Shown here: piece by piece, positions 23,732 to 36,900 of the stretch
Numbering within the stretch: position 1 is the first letter of the stretch
Layout of the letters: each line of letters begins with the position of its first letter
Assembly (NCBI GenBank): GCA_964057225.1
Contig: OZ059900.1
Span: 16,120,001-16,184,000 of the forward strand
Direction: 5' to 3'
Origin: Auanema rhodensis
Lineage: Eukaryota > Animalia > Nematoda
Length of the DNA: 64,000 nt
Translations under genes and position numbers: made by a program
The notes under the pieces: model-generated
Databases searched by the model: none
What the model was told of the DNA's origin: nothing
The model's input: the letters and a program-made list of their open reading frames with translations, nothing else

Positions 23732-26149
23732 GCATTTTACATGCTGAACACTAGAAAAAAACAAAAACACAGTATTTCCCATGAGAAATATTTTATTATG
23801 CTGGAAAACCAGTTTTTGGAAATTTCGCTGTAAACAAGGATTTGACTTACGATTTCATGTGTTCAAACTCATGCAATGTCAATGAAACTTAGCTCAAAAT
23901 TGTTCGTACAACGTCTAGTTCCACTTTCACGACAAAAAAACAGGGGTTAGAAAATTAAGGAAATTAGCATATTCTGAGGGCACGCCCCTTATAGCTAATA
24001 TTGATTAAATCGATTTTTGTTCATATGAGTCGTCAAATGCAACGAATTTCAGCGTGTTACATACTAAAATGAAGCATTTTACATGCTGAACACTAGAAAA
24101 ATACAAAAACACAGTATTTCCCATGAGAAATATTTTATTATGCTGGAAAACCAGTTTTTGGAAATTTCGCTGTAAACAAGGTTTTGACTTACGATTTCAT
24201 GTGTTCAAACTCATGCAATGTCAATGAAACCTAGCTCAAAATTGTTCGTACAACGTCTAGTTCCACTTTCACGACAAAAAAACAGGGGTTAGAAAATTAA
24301 GGAAATTAGCATATTCTGAGGGCACGCCCCTTATGGCTAATATTGATTAAATCGATTTTTGTTCATATGAGTCGTCAAATGCAACGAATTTCAGCGTGTT
24401 ACATACCAAAATGAAGCATTTTACATGCTGAACACTAGAAAAATACAAAAACACAGTATTTCCCATGAGAAATATTTTATTATGCTGGAAAACCAGTTTT
24501 TGGAAATTTCGCTGTAAACAAGGTTTTGACTTACGATTTCATGTGTTCAAACTCATGCAATGTCAATGAAACCTAGCTCAAAATTGTTCGTACAACGTCT
24601 AGTTCCACTTTCACGACAAAAAAACAGGGGTTAGAAAATTAAGGAAATTAGCATATTCTGAGGGCACGCCCCTTATGGCTAATATTGATTAAATCGATTT
24701 TTGTTCATATGAGTCGTCAAATGCAACGAATTTCAGCGTGTTACATACTAAAATGAAGCATTTTACATGCTGAACACTAGAAAAATACAAAAACACAGTA
24801 TTTCCCATGAGAAATATTTTATTATGCTGGAAAACCAGTTTTTGGAAATTTCGCTGTAAACAAGGTTTTGACTTACGATTTCATGTGTTCAAACTCATGC
24901 AATGTCAATGAAACCTAGCTCAAAATTGTTCGTACAACGTCTAGTTCCACTTTCACGTCAAAAAAACAGGGGTTAGAAAATTAAGGAAGTTAGCATATTC
25001 TGAGGGCACGCCCCTTATGGCTAATATTGATTAAATCGATTTTTGTTCATATGAGTCGTCAAATGCAACGAATTTCAGCGTGTTACATACTAAAATGAAG
25101 CATTTTACATGCTGAACACTAGAAAAATACAAAAACACAGTATTTCCCATGAGAAATATTTTATTATGCTGGAAAACCAGTTTTTGGAAATTTCGCTGTA
25201 AACAAGGTTTTGACTTACGATTTCATGTGTTCAAACTCATGCAATGTCAATGAAACCTAGCTCAAAATTGTTCGTACAACGTCTAGTTCCACTTTCACGA
25301 CAAAAAAACAGGGGTTAGAAAATTAAGGAAATTAGCATATTCTGAGGGCACGCCCCTTATGGCTAATATTGATTAAATCGATTTTTGTTCATATGAGTCG
25401 TCAAATGCAACGAATTTCAGCGTGTTACATACTAAAATGAAGCATTTTACATGCTGAACACTAGAAAAATACAAAAACACAGTATTTCCCATGAGAAATA
25501 TTTTATTATGCTGGAAAACCAGTTTTTGGAAATTTCGCTGTAAACAAGGTTTTGACTTACGATTTCATGTGTTCAAACTCATGCAATGTCAATGAAACCT
25601 AGCTCAAAATTGTTCGTACAACGTCTAGTTCCACTTTCACGACAAAAAAACAGGGGTTAGAAAATTAAGGAAATTAGCATATTCTGAGGGCACGCCCCTT
25701 ATGGCTAATATTGATTAAATCGATTTTTGTTCATATGAGTCGTCAAATGCAACGAATTTCAGCGTGTTACATACTAAAATGAAGCATTTTACATGCTGAA
25801 CACTAGAAAAATACAAAAACACAGTATTTCCCATGAGAAATATTTTATTATGCTGGAAAACCAGTTTTTGGAAATTTCGCTGTAAACAAGGTTTTGACTT
25901 ACGATTTCATGTGTTCAAACTCATGCAATGTCAATGAAACCTAGCTCAAAATTGTTCGTACAACGTCTAGTTCCACTTTCACGACAAAAAAACAGGGGTT
26001 AGAAAATTAAGGAAATTAGCATATTCTGAGGGCACGCCCCTTATGGCTAATATTGATTAAATCGATTTTTGTTCATATGAGTCGTCAAATGCAACGAATT
26101 TCAGCGTGTTACATACTAAAATGAAGCATTTTACATGCTGAACACTAGA

Positions 26150-29100
26150 AAAATACAAAAACACAGTATTTCCCATGAGAAATATTTTATTATGCTGGAA
26201 AACCAGTTTTTGGAAATTTCGCTGTAAACAAGGTTTTGACTTACGATTTCATGTGTTCAAACTCATGCAATGTCAATGAAACCTAGCTCAAAATTGTTCG
26301 TACAACGTCTAGTTCCACTTTCACGACAAAAAAACAGGGGTCAGAAAATTAAGGAAATTAGCATATTCTGAGGGCACGCCCCTTATGGCTAATATTGATT
26401 AAATCGATTTTTGTTCATATGAGTCGTCAAATGCAACGAATTTCAGCGTGTTACATACTAAAATGAAGCATTTTACATGCTGAACACTAGAAAAATACAA
26501 AAACACAGTATTTCCCATGAGAAATATTTTATTATGCTGGAAAACCAGTTTTTGGAAATTTCGCTGTAAACAAGGTTTTGACTTACGATTTCATGTGTTC
26601 AAACTCATGCAATGTCAATGAAACCTAGCTCAAAATTGTTCGTACAACGTCTAGTTCCACTTTCACGACAAAAAAACAGGGGTTAGAAAATTAAGGAAAT
26701 TAGCATATTCTGAGGGCACGCCCTTTATGGCTAATATTGATTAAATCGATTTTTGTTCATATGAGTCGTCAAATGCAACGAATTTCAGCGTGTTACATAC
26801 TAAAATGAACCATTTTACATGCTGAACACTAGAAAAATACAAAAACACAGTATTTCCCATGAGAAATATTTTATTATGCTGGAAAACCAGTTTTTGGAAA
26901 TTTCGCTGTAAACAAGGTTTTGACTTACGATTTCATGTGTTCAAACTCATGCAATGTCAATGAAACCTAGCTCAAAATTGTTCGTACAACGTCTAGTTCC
27001 ACTTTCACGACAAAAAAACAGGGGTTAGAAAATTAAGGAAATTAGCATATTCTGAGGGCACGCCCCTTATGGCTAATATTGATTAAATCGATTTTTGTTC
27101 ATATGAGTCGTCAAATGCAACGAATTTCAGCGTGTTACATACTAAAATGAAGCATTTTACATGCTGAACACTAGAAAAATACAAAAACACAGTATTTCCC
27201 ATGAGAAATATTTTATTATGCTGGAAAACCAGTTTTTGGAAATTTCGCTGTAAACAAGGTTTTGACTTACGATTTCATGTGTTCAAACTCATGCAATGTC
27301 AATGAAACCTAGCTCAAAATTGTTCGTACAACGTCTAGTTCCACTTTCACGACAAAAAAACAGGGGTTAGAAAATTAAGGAAATTAGCATATTCTGAGGG
27401 CACGCCCCTTATGGCTAATATTGATTAAATCGATTTTTGTTCATATGAGTCGTCAAATGCAACGAATTTCAGCGTGTTACATACTAAAATGAAGCATTTT
27501 ACATGCTGAACACTAGAAAAATACAAAAACACAGTATTTCCCATGAGAAATATTTTATTATGCTGGAAAACCAGTTTTTGGAAATTTCGCTGTAAACAAG
27601 GTTTTGACTTACGATTTCATGTGTTCAAACTCATGCAATGTCAATGAAACCTAGCTCAAAATTGTTCGTACAACGTCTAGTTCCACTTTCACGACAAAAA
27701 AACAGGGGTTAGAAAATTAAGGAAATTAGCATATTCTGAGGGCACGCCCCTTATGGCTAATATTGATTAAATCGATTTTTGTTCATATGAGTCGTCAAAT
27801 GCAACGAATTTCAGCGTGTTACATACTAAAATGAACCATTTTACATGCTGAACACTAGAAAAATACAAAAACACAGTATTTCCCATGAGAAATATTTTAT
27901 TATGCTGGAAAACCAGTTTTTGGAAATTTCGCTGTAAACAAGGTTTTGACTTACGATTTCATGTGTTCAAACTCATGCAATGTCAATGAAACCTAGCTCA
28001 AAATTGTTCGTACAACGTCTAGTTCCACTTTCACGACAAAAAAACAGGGGTTAGAAAATTAAGGAAATTAGCATATTCTGAGGGCACGCCCCTTATGGCT
28101 AATATTGATTAAATCGATTTTTGTTCATATGAGTCGTCAAATGCAACGAATTTCAGCGTGTTACATACTAAAATGAAGCATTTTACATGCTGAACACTAG
28201 AAAAATACAAAAACACAGTATTTCCCATGAGAAATATTTTATTATGCTGGAAAACCAGTTTTTGGAAATTTCGCTGTAAACAAGGTTTTGACTTACGATT
28301 TCATGTGTTCAAACTCATGCAATGTCAATGAAACCTAGCTCAAAATTGTTCGTACAACGTCTAGTTCCACTTTCACGACAAAAAAACAAGGGTTAGAAAA
28401 TTAAGGAAATTAGCATATTCTGAGGGCACGCCCCTTATGGCTAATATTGATTAAATCGATTTTTGTTCATATGAGTCGTCAAATGCAACGAATTTCAGCG
28501 TGTTACATACTAAAATGAACCATTTTACATGCTGAACACTAGAAAAATACAAAAACACAGTATTTCCCATGAGAAATATTTTATTATGCTGGAAAACCAG
28601 TTTTTGGAAATTTCGCTGTAAACAAGGTTTTGACTTACGATTTCATGTGTTCAAACTCATGCAATGTCAATGAAACCTAGCTCAAAATTGTTCGTACAAC
28701 GTCTAGTTCCACTTTCACGACAAAAAAACAGGGGTTAGAAAATTAAGGAAATTAGCATATTCTGAGGGCACGCCCCTTATGGCTAATATTGATTAAATCG
28801 ATTTTTGTTCATATGAGTCGTCAAATGCAACGAATTTCAGCGTGTTACATACTAAAATGAAGCATTTTACATGCTGAACACTAGAAGAATACAAAAACAC
28901 AGTATTTCCCATGAGAAATATTTTATTATGCTGGAAAACCAGTTTTTGGAAATTTCGCTGTAAACAAGGTTTTGACTTACGATTTCATGTGTTCAAACTC
29001 ATGCAATGTCAATGAAACCTAGCTGAAAATTGTTCGTACAACGTCTAGTTCCACTTTCACGACAAAAAAACAGGGGTTAGAAAATTAAGGAAATTAGCAT

Positions 29101-32100
29101 ATTCTGAGGGCACGCCCCTTATGGCTAATATTGATTAAATCGATTTTTGTTCATATGAGTCGTCAAATGCAACGAATTTCAGCGTGTTACATACTAAAAT
29201 GAAGCATTTTACATGCTGAACACTAGAAAAATACAAAAACACAGTATTTCCCATGAGAAATATTTTATTATGCTGGAAAACCAGTTTTTGGAAATTTCGC
29301 TGTAAACAAGGTTTTGACTTACGATTTCATGTGTTCAAACTCATGCAATGTCAATGAAACCTAGCTCAAAATTGTTCGTACAACGTCTAGTTCCACTTTC
29401 ACGACAAAAAACAGGGGTTAGAATTTTAAGGAAATTAGCATATTCTGAGGGCACGCCCCTTATGGCTAATATTGATTAAATCGATTTTTGTTCATATGAG
29501 TCGTCAAATGCAACGAATTTCAGCGTGTTACATACTAAAATGAAGCATTTTACATGCTGAACACTAGAAAAATACAAAAACACAGTATTTCCCATGAGAA
29601 ATATTTTATTATGCTGGAAAACCAGTTTTTGGAAATTTCGCTGTAAACAAGGTTTTGACTTACGATTTCATGTGTTCAAACTCATGCAATGTCAATGAAA
29701 CCTAGCTCAAAATTGTTCGTACAACGTCTAGTTCCACTTTCACGACAAAAAAACAGGGGTCAGAAAATTAAGGAAATTAGCATATTCTGAGGGCACGCCC
29801 CTTATGGCTAATATTGATTAAATCGATTTTTGTTCATATGAGTCGTCAAATGCAACGAATTTCAGCGTGTTACATACTAAAATGAAGCATTTTACATGCT
29901 GAACACTAGAAAAATACAAAAACACAGTATTTCCCATGAGAAATATTTTATTATGCTGGAAAACCAGTTTTTGGAAATTTCGCTGTAAACAAGGTTTTGA
30001 CTTACGATTTCATGTGTTCAAACTCATGCAATGTCAATGAAACCTAGCTCAAAATTGTTCGTACAACGTCTAGTTCCACTTTCACGACAAAAAAACAGGG
30101 GTTAGAAAATTAAGGAAATTAGCATATTCTGAGGGCACGCCCCTTATGGCTAATATTGATTAAATCGATTTTTGTTCATATGAGTCGTCAAATGCAACGA
30201 ATTTCAGCGTGTTACATACTAAAATGAAGAATTTTACATGCTGAACACTAGAAAAATACAAAAACACAGTATTTCCCATGAGAAATATTTTATTATGCTG
30301 GAAAACCAGTTTTTGGAAATTTCGCTGTAAACAAGGTTTTGACTTACGATTTCATGTGTTCAAACTCATGCAATGTCAATGAAACCTAGCTCAAAATTGT
30401 TCGTACAACGTCTAGTTCCACTTTCACGACAAAAAAACAGGGGTCAGAAAATTAAGGAAATTAGCATATTCTGAGGGCACGCCCCTTATGGCTAATATTG
30501 ATTAAATCGATTTTTGTTCATATGAGTCGTCAAATGCAACGAATTTCAGCGTGTTACATACTAAAATGAAGCATTTTACATGCTGAACACTAGAAAAATA
30601 CAAAAACACAGTATTTCCCATGAGAAATATTTTATTATGCTGGAAAACCAGTTTTTGGAAATTTCGCTGTAAACAAGGTTTTGACTTACGATTTCATGTG
30701 TTCAAACTCATGCAATGTCAATGAAACCTAGCTCAAAATTGTTCGTACAACGTCTAGTTCCACTTTCACGACAAAAAAACAGGGGTTAGAAAATTAAGGA
30801 AATTAGCATATTCTGAGGGCACGCCCTTTATGGCTAATATTGATTAAATCGATTTTTGTTCATATGAGTCGTCAAATGCAACGAATTTCAGCGTGTTACA
30901 TACTAAAATGAACCATTTTACATGCTGAACACTAGAAAAATACAAAAACACAGTATTTCCCATGAGAAATATTTTATTATGCTGGAAAACCAGTTTTTGG
31001 AAATTTCGCTGTAAACAAGGTTTTGACTTACGATTTCATGTGTTCAAACTCATGCAATGTCAATGAAACCTAGCTCAAAATTGTTCGTACAACGTCTAGT
31101 TCCACTTTCACGACAAAAAAACAGGGGTTAGAAAATTAAGGAAATTAGCATATTCTGAGGGCACGCCCCTTATGGCTAATATTGATTAAATCGATTTTTG
31201 TTCATATGAGTCGTCAAATGCAACGAATTTCAGCGTGTTACATACTAAAATGAAGCATTTTACATGCTGAACACTAGAAAAATACAAAAACACAGTATTT
31301 CCCATGAGAAATATTTTATTATGCTGGAAAACCAGTTTTTGGAAATTTCGCTGTAAACAAGGTTTTGACTTACGATTTCATGTGTTCAAACTCATGCAAT
31401 GTCAATGAAACCTAGCTCAAAATTGTTCGTACAACGTCTAGTTCCACTTTCACGACAAAAAAACAGGGGTTAGAAAATTAAGGAAATTAGCATATTCTGA
31501 GGGCACGCCCCTTATGGCTAATATTGATTAAATCGATTTTTGTTCATATGAGTCGTCAAATGCAACGAATTTCAGCGTGTTACATACTAAAATGAAGCAT
31601 TTTACATGCTGAACACTAGAAAAATACAAAAACACAGTATTTCCCATGAGAAATATTTTATTATGCTGGAAAACCAGTTTTTGGAAATTTCGCTGTAAAC
31701 AAGGTTTTGACTTACGATTTCATGTGTTCAAACTCATGCAATGTCAATGAAACCTAGCTCAAAATTGTTCGTACAACGTCTAGTTCCACTTTCACGACAA
31801 AAAAACAGGGGTCAGAAAATTAAGGAAATTAGCATATTCTGAGGGCACGCCCCTTATGGCTAATATTGATTAAATCGATTTTTGTTCATATGAGTCGTCA
31901 AATGCAACGAATTTCAGCGTGTTACATACTAAAATGAAGCATTTTACATGCTGAACACTAGAAAAATACAAAAACACAGTATTTCCCATGAGAAATATTT
32001 TATTATGCTGGAAAACCAGTTTTTGGAAATTTCGCTGTAAACAAGGTTTTGACTTACGATTTCATGTGTTCAAACTCATGCAATGTCAATGAAACCTAGC

Positions 32101-33950
32101 TCAAAATTGTTCGTACAACGTCTAGTTCCACTTTCACGACAAAAAAACAGGGGTTAGAAAATTAAGGAAATTAGCATATTCTGAGGGCACGCCCCTTATG
32201 GCTAATATTGATTAAATCGATTTTTGTTCATATGAGTCGTCAAATGCAACGAATTTCAGCGTGTTACATACTAAAATGAACCATTTTACATGCTGAACAC
32301 TAGAAAAATACAAAAGCACAGTATTTCCCATGAGAAATATTTTATTATGCTGGAAAACCAGTTTTTGGAAATTTCGCTGTAAACAAGGTTTTGACTTACG
32401 ATTTCATGTGTTCAAACTCATGCAATGTCAATGAAACCTAGCTCAAAATTGTTCGTACAACGTCTAGTTCCACTTTCACGACAAAAAAACAGGGGTTAGA
32501 AAATTAAGGAAATTAGCATATTCTGAGGGCACGCCCCTTATGGCTAATATTGATTAAATCGATTTTTGTTCATATGAGTCGTCAAATGCAACGAATTTCA
32601 GCGTGTTACATACTAAAATGAAGCATTTTATATGCTGAACACTAGAAAAATACAAAAACACAGTATTTCCCATGAGAAATATTTTATTATGCTGGAAAAC
32701 CAGTTTTTGGAAATTTCGCTGTAAACAAGGTTTTGACTTACGATTTCATGTGTTCAAACTCATGCAATGTCAATGAAACCTAGCTCAAAATTGTTCGTAC
32801 AACGTCTAGTTCCACTTTCACGACAAAAAAACAAGGGTTAGAAAATTAAGGAAATTAGCATATTCTGAGGGCACGCCCCTTATGGCTAATATTGATTAAA
32901 TCGATTTTTGTTCATATGAGTCGTCAAATGCAACGAATTTCAGCGTGTTACATACTAAAATGAACCATTTTACATGCTGAACACTAGAAAAATACAAAAA
33001 CACAGTATTTCCCATGAGAAATATTTTATTATGCTGGAAAACCAGTTTTTGGAAATTTCGCTGTAAACAAGGTTTTGACTTACGATTTCATGTGTTCAAA
33101 CTCATGCAATGTCAATGAAACGTAGCTCAAAATTGTTCGTACAACGTCTAGTTCCACTTTCACGACAAAAAAACAGGGGTTAGAAAATTAAGGAAATTAG
33201 CATATTCTGAGGGCACGCCCCTTATGGCTAATATTGATTAAATCGATTTTTGTTCATATGAGTCGTCAAATGCAACGAATTTCAGCGTGTTGCATACTAA
33301 AATGAAGCATTTTACATGCTGAACACTAGAAGAATACAAAAACACAGTATTTCCCATGAGAAATATTTTATTATGCTGGAAAACCAGTTTTTGGAAATTT
33401 CGCTGTAAACAAGGTTTTGACTTACGATTTCATGTGTTCAAACTCATGCAATGTCAATGAAACCTAGCTGAAAATTGTTCGTACAACGTCTAGTTCCACT
33501 TTCACGACAAAAAAACAGGGGTTAGAAAATTAAGGAAATTAGCATATTCTGAGGGCACGCCCCTTATGGCTAATATTGATTAAATCGATTTTTGTTCATA
33601 TGAGTCGTCAAATGCAACGAATTTCAGCGTGTTACATACTAAAATGAAGCATTTTACATGCTGAACACTAGAAAAATACAAAAACACAGTATTTCCCATG
33701 AGAAATATTTTATTATGCTGGAAAACCAGTTTTTGGAAATTTCGCTGTAAACAAGGTTTTGACTTACGATTTCATGTGTTCAAACTCATGCAATGTCAAT
33801 GAAACCTAGCTCAAAATTGTTCGTACAACGTCTAGTTCCACTTTCACGACAAAAAACAGGGGTTAGAATTTTAAGGAAATTAGCATATTCTGAGGGCACG
33901 CCCCTTATGGCTAATATTGATTAAATCGATTTTTGTTCATATGAGTCGTC
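26150..33950. repeat. SNP-marked 12/13-monomer duplication in array B (boundaries approximate)
   Basis: GGGGTCAG 26342/30445, CCCTTTATGG 26724/30827 and GAACCATT 26810/30913 are +4103 (12x342-1). GAACCATT 27836/32281 and GAATTTTAAG 29421/33866 are +4445 (13x342-1). Confidence 0.8.
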
Positions 33951-36900
33951 AAATGCAACGAATTTCAGCGTGTTACATACTAAAATGAAGCATTTTACAT
34001 GCTGAACACTAGAAAAATACAAAAACACAGTATTTCCCATGAGAAATATTTTATTATGCTGGAAAACCAGTTTTTGGAAATTTCGCTGTAAACAAGGTTT
34101 TGACTTACGATTTCATGTGTTCAAACTCATGCAATGTCAATGAAACCTAGCTCAAAATTGTTCGTACAACGTCTAGTTCCACTTTCACGACAAAAAAACA
34201 GGGGTTAGAAAATTAAGGAAATTAGCATATTCTGAGGGCACGCCCCTTATGGCTAATATTGATTAAATCGATTTTTGTTCATATGAGTCGTCAAATGCAA
34301 CGAATTTCAGCGTGTTACATACTAAAATGAAGCATTTTACATGCTGAACACTAGAAGAATACAAAAACACAGTATTTCCCATGAGAAATATTTTATTATG
34401 CTGGAAAACCAGTTTTTGGAAATTTCGCTGTAAACAAGGTTTTGACTTACGATTTCATGTGTTCAAACTCATGCAATGTCAATGAAACCTAGCTGAAAAT
34501 TGTTCGTACAACGTCTAGTTCCACTTTCACGACAAAAAAACAGGGGTTAGAAAATTAAGGAAATTAGCATATTCTGAGGGCACGCCCCTTATGGCTAATA
34601 TTGATTAAATCGATTTTTGTTCATATGAGTCGTCAAATGCAACGAATTTCAGCGTGTTACATACTAAAATGAAGCATTTTACATGCTGAACACTAGAAAA
34701 AAACAAAAACACAGTATTTCCCATGAGAAATATTTTATTATGCTGGAAAACCAGTTTTTGGAAATTTCGCTGTAAACAAGGTTTTGACTTACGATTTCAT
34801 GTGTTCAAACTCATGCAATGTCAATGAAACCTAGCTCAAAATTGTTCGTACAACGTCTAGTTCCACTTTCACGACAAAAAACAGGGGTTAGAAAATTAAG
34901 GAAATTAGCATATTCTGAGGGCACGCCCCTTATGGCTAATATTGATTAAATCGATTTTTGTTCATATGAGTCGTCAAATGCAACGAATTTCAGCGTGTTA
35001 CATACTAAAATGAAGCATTTTACATGCTGAACACTAGAAGAATACAAAAACACAGTATTTCCCATGAGAAATATTTTATTATGCTGGAAAACCAGTTTTT
35101 GGAAATTTCGCTGTAAACAAGGTTTTGACTTACGATTTCATGTGTTCAAACTCATGCAATGTCAATGAAACCTAGCTCAAAATTGTTCGTACAACGTCTA
35201 GTTCCACTTTCACGACAAAAAAACAGGGGTTAGAAAATTAAGGAAATTAGCATATTCTGAGGGCACGCCCCTTATGGCTAATATTGATTAAATCGATTTT
35301 TGTTCATATGAGTCGTCAAATGCAACGAATTTCAGCGTGTTACATACTAAAATGAAGCATTTTACATGCTGAACACTAGAAGAATACAAAAACACAGTAT
35401 TTCCCATGAGAAATATTTTATTATGCTGGAAAACCAGTTTTTGGAAATTTCGCTGTAAACAAGGTTTTGACTTACGATTTCATGTGTTCAAACTCATGCA
35501 ATGTCAATGAAACCTAGCTCAAAATTGTTCGTACAACGTCTAGTTCCACTTTCACGACAAAAAAACAGGGGTTAGAAAATTAAGGAAATTAGCATATTCT
35601 GAGGGCACGCCCCTTATGGCTAATATTGATTAAATCGATTTTTGTTCATATGAGTCGTCAAATGCAACGAATTTCAGCGTGTTACATACTAAAATGAAGC
35701 ATTTTACATGCTGAACACTAGAAGAATACAAAAACACAGTATTTCCCATGAGAAATATTTTATTATGCTGGAAAACCAGTTTTTGGAAATTTCGCTGTAA
35801 ACAAGGTTTTGACTTACGATTTCATGTGTTCAAACTCATGCAATGTCAATGAAACCTAGCTCAAAATTGTTCGTACAACGTCTAGTTCCACTTTCACGAC
35901 AAAAAAACAGGGGTTAGAAAATTAAGGAAATTAGCATATTCTGAGGGCACGCCCCTTATGGCTAATATTGATTAAATCGATTTTTGTTCATATGAGTCGT
36001 CAAATGCAACGAATTTCAGCGTGTTACATACTAAAATGAAGCATTTTACATGCTGAACACTAGAAAAAAACAAAAACACAGTATTTCCCATGAGAAATAT
36101 TTTATTATGCTGGAAAACCAGTTTTTGGAAATTTCGCTGTAAACAAGGTTTTGACTTACGATTTCATGTGTTCAAACTCATGCAATGTCAATGAAACTTA
36201 GCTCAAAATTGTTCGTACAACGTCTAGTTCCACTTTCACGACAAAAAAACAGGGGTTAGAAAATTAAGGAAATTAGCATATTCTGAGGGCACGCCCCTTA
36301 TAGCTAATATTGATTAAATCGATTTTTGTTCATATGAGTCGTCAAATGCAACGAATTTCAGCGTGTTACATACTAAAATGAAGCATTTTACATGCTGAAC
36401 ACTAGAAAAATACAAAAACACAGTATTTCCCATGAGAAATATTTTATTATGCTGGAAAACCAGTTTTTGGAAATTTCGCTGTAAACAAGGTTTTGACTTA
36501 CGATTTCATGTGTTCAAACTCATGCAATGTCAATGAAACCTAGCTCAAAATTGTTCGTACAACGTCTAGTTCCACTTTCACGACAAAAAAACAGGGGTTA
36601 GAAAATTAAGGAAATTAGCATATTCTGAGGGCACGCCCCTTATGGCTAATATTGATTAAATCGATTTTTGTTCATATGAGTCGTCAAATGCAACGAATTT
36701 CAGCGTGTTACATACTAAAATGAAGCATTTTACATGCTGAACACTAGAAAAATACAAAAACACAGTATTTCCCATGAGAAATATTTTATTATGCTGGAAA
36801 ACCAGTTTTTGGAAATTTCGCTGTAAACAAGGTTTTGACTTACGATTTCATGTGTTCAAACTCATGCAATGTCAATGAAACCTAGCTCAAAATTGTTCGT

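Noticed and set aside
23700-23760. Transposon or MITE end at the junction
   Set aside because: No terminal inverted repeat, LTR end, poly(A) tail or target-site duplication. Every base belongs to A or B.
23597-23782. 61-aa minus-strand ORF spanning the junction
   Set aside because: A chance chimeric frame made by the fusion. It is short and has no promoter, homology or codon support.
23942-23960. Telomere-like GGGGTTAG and its GGGGTCAG variant in monomer B
   Set aside because: A single non-tandem word per monomer that does not form a (TTAGG)n, (TTAGGG)n or (TCAGG)n tract or a G-quadruplex pattern.
23500-24070. Common ancestry of satellites A and B
   Set aside because: Only short shared words (TGTTCAT, ATGAAGC, AGTCGT, TCAAATG, CGTACA, AAAAACAG), with no sustained colinear alignment by eye. 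This is expected by chance at about 67% AT.
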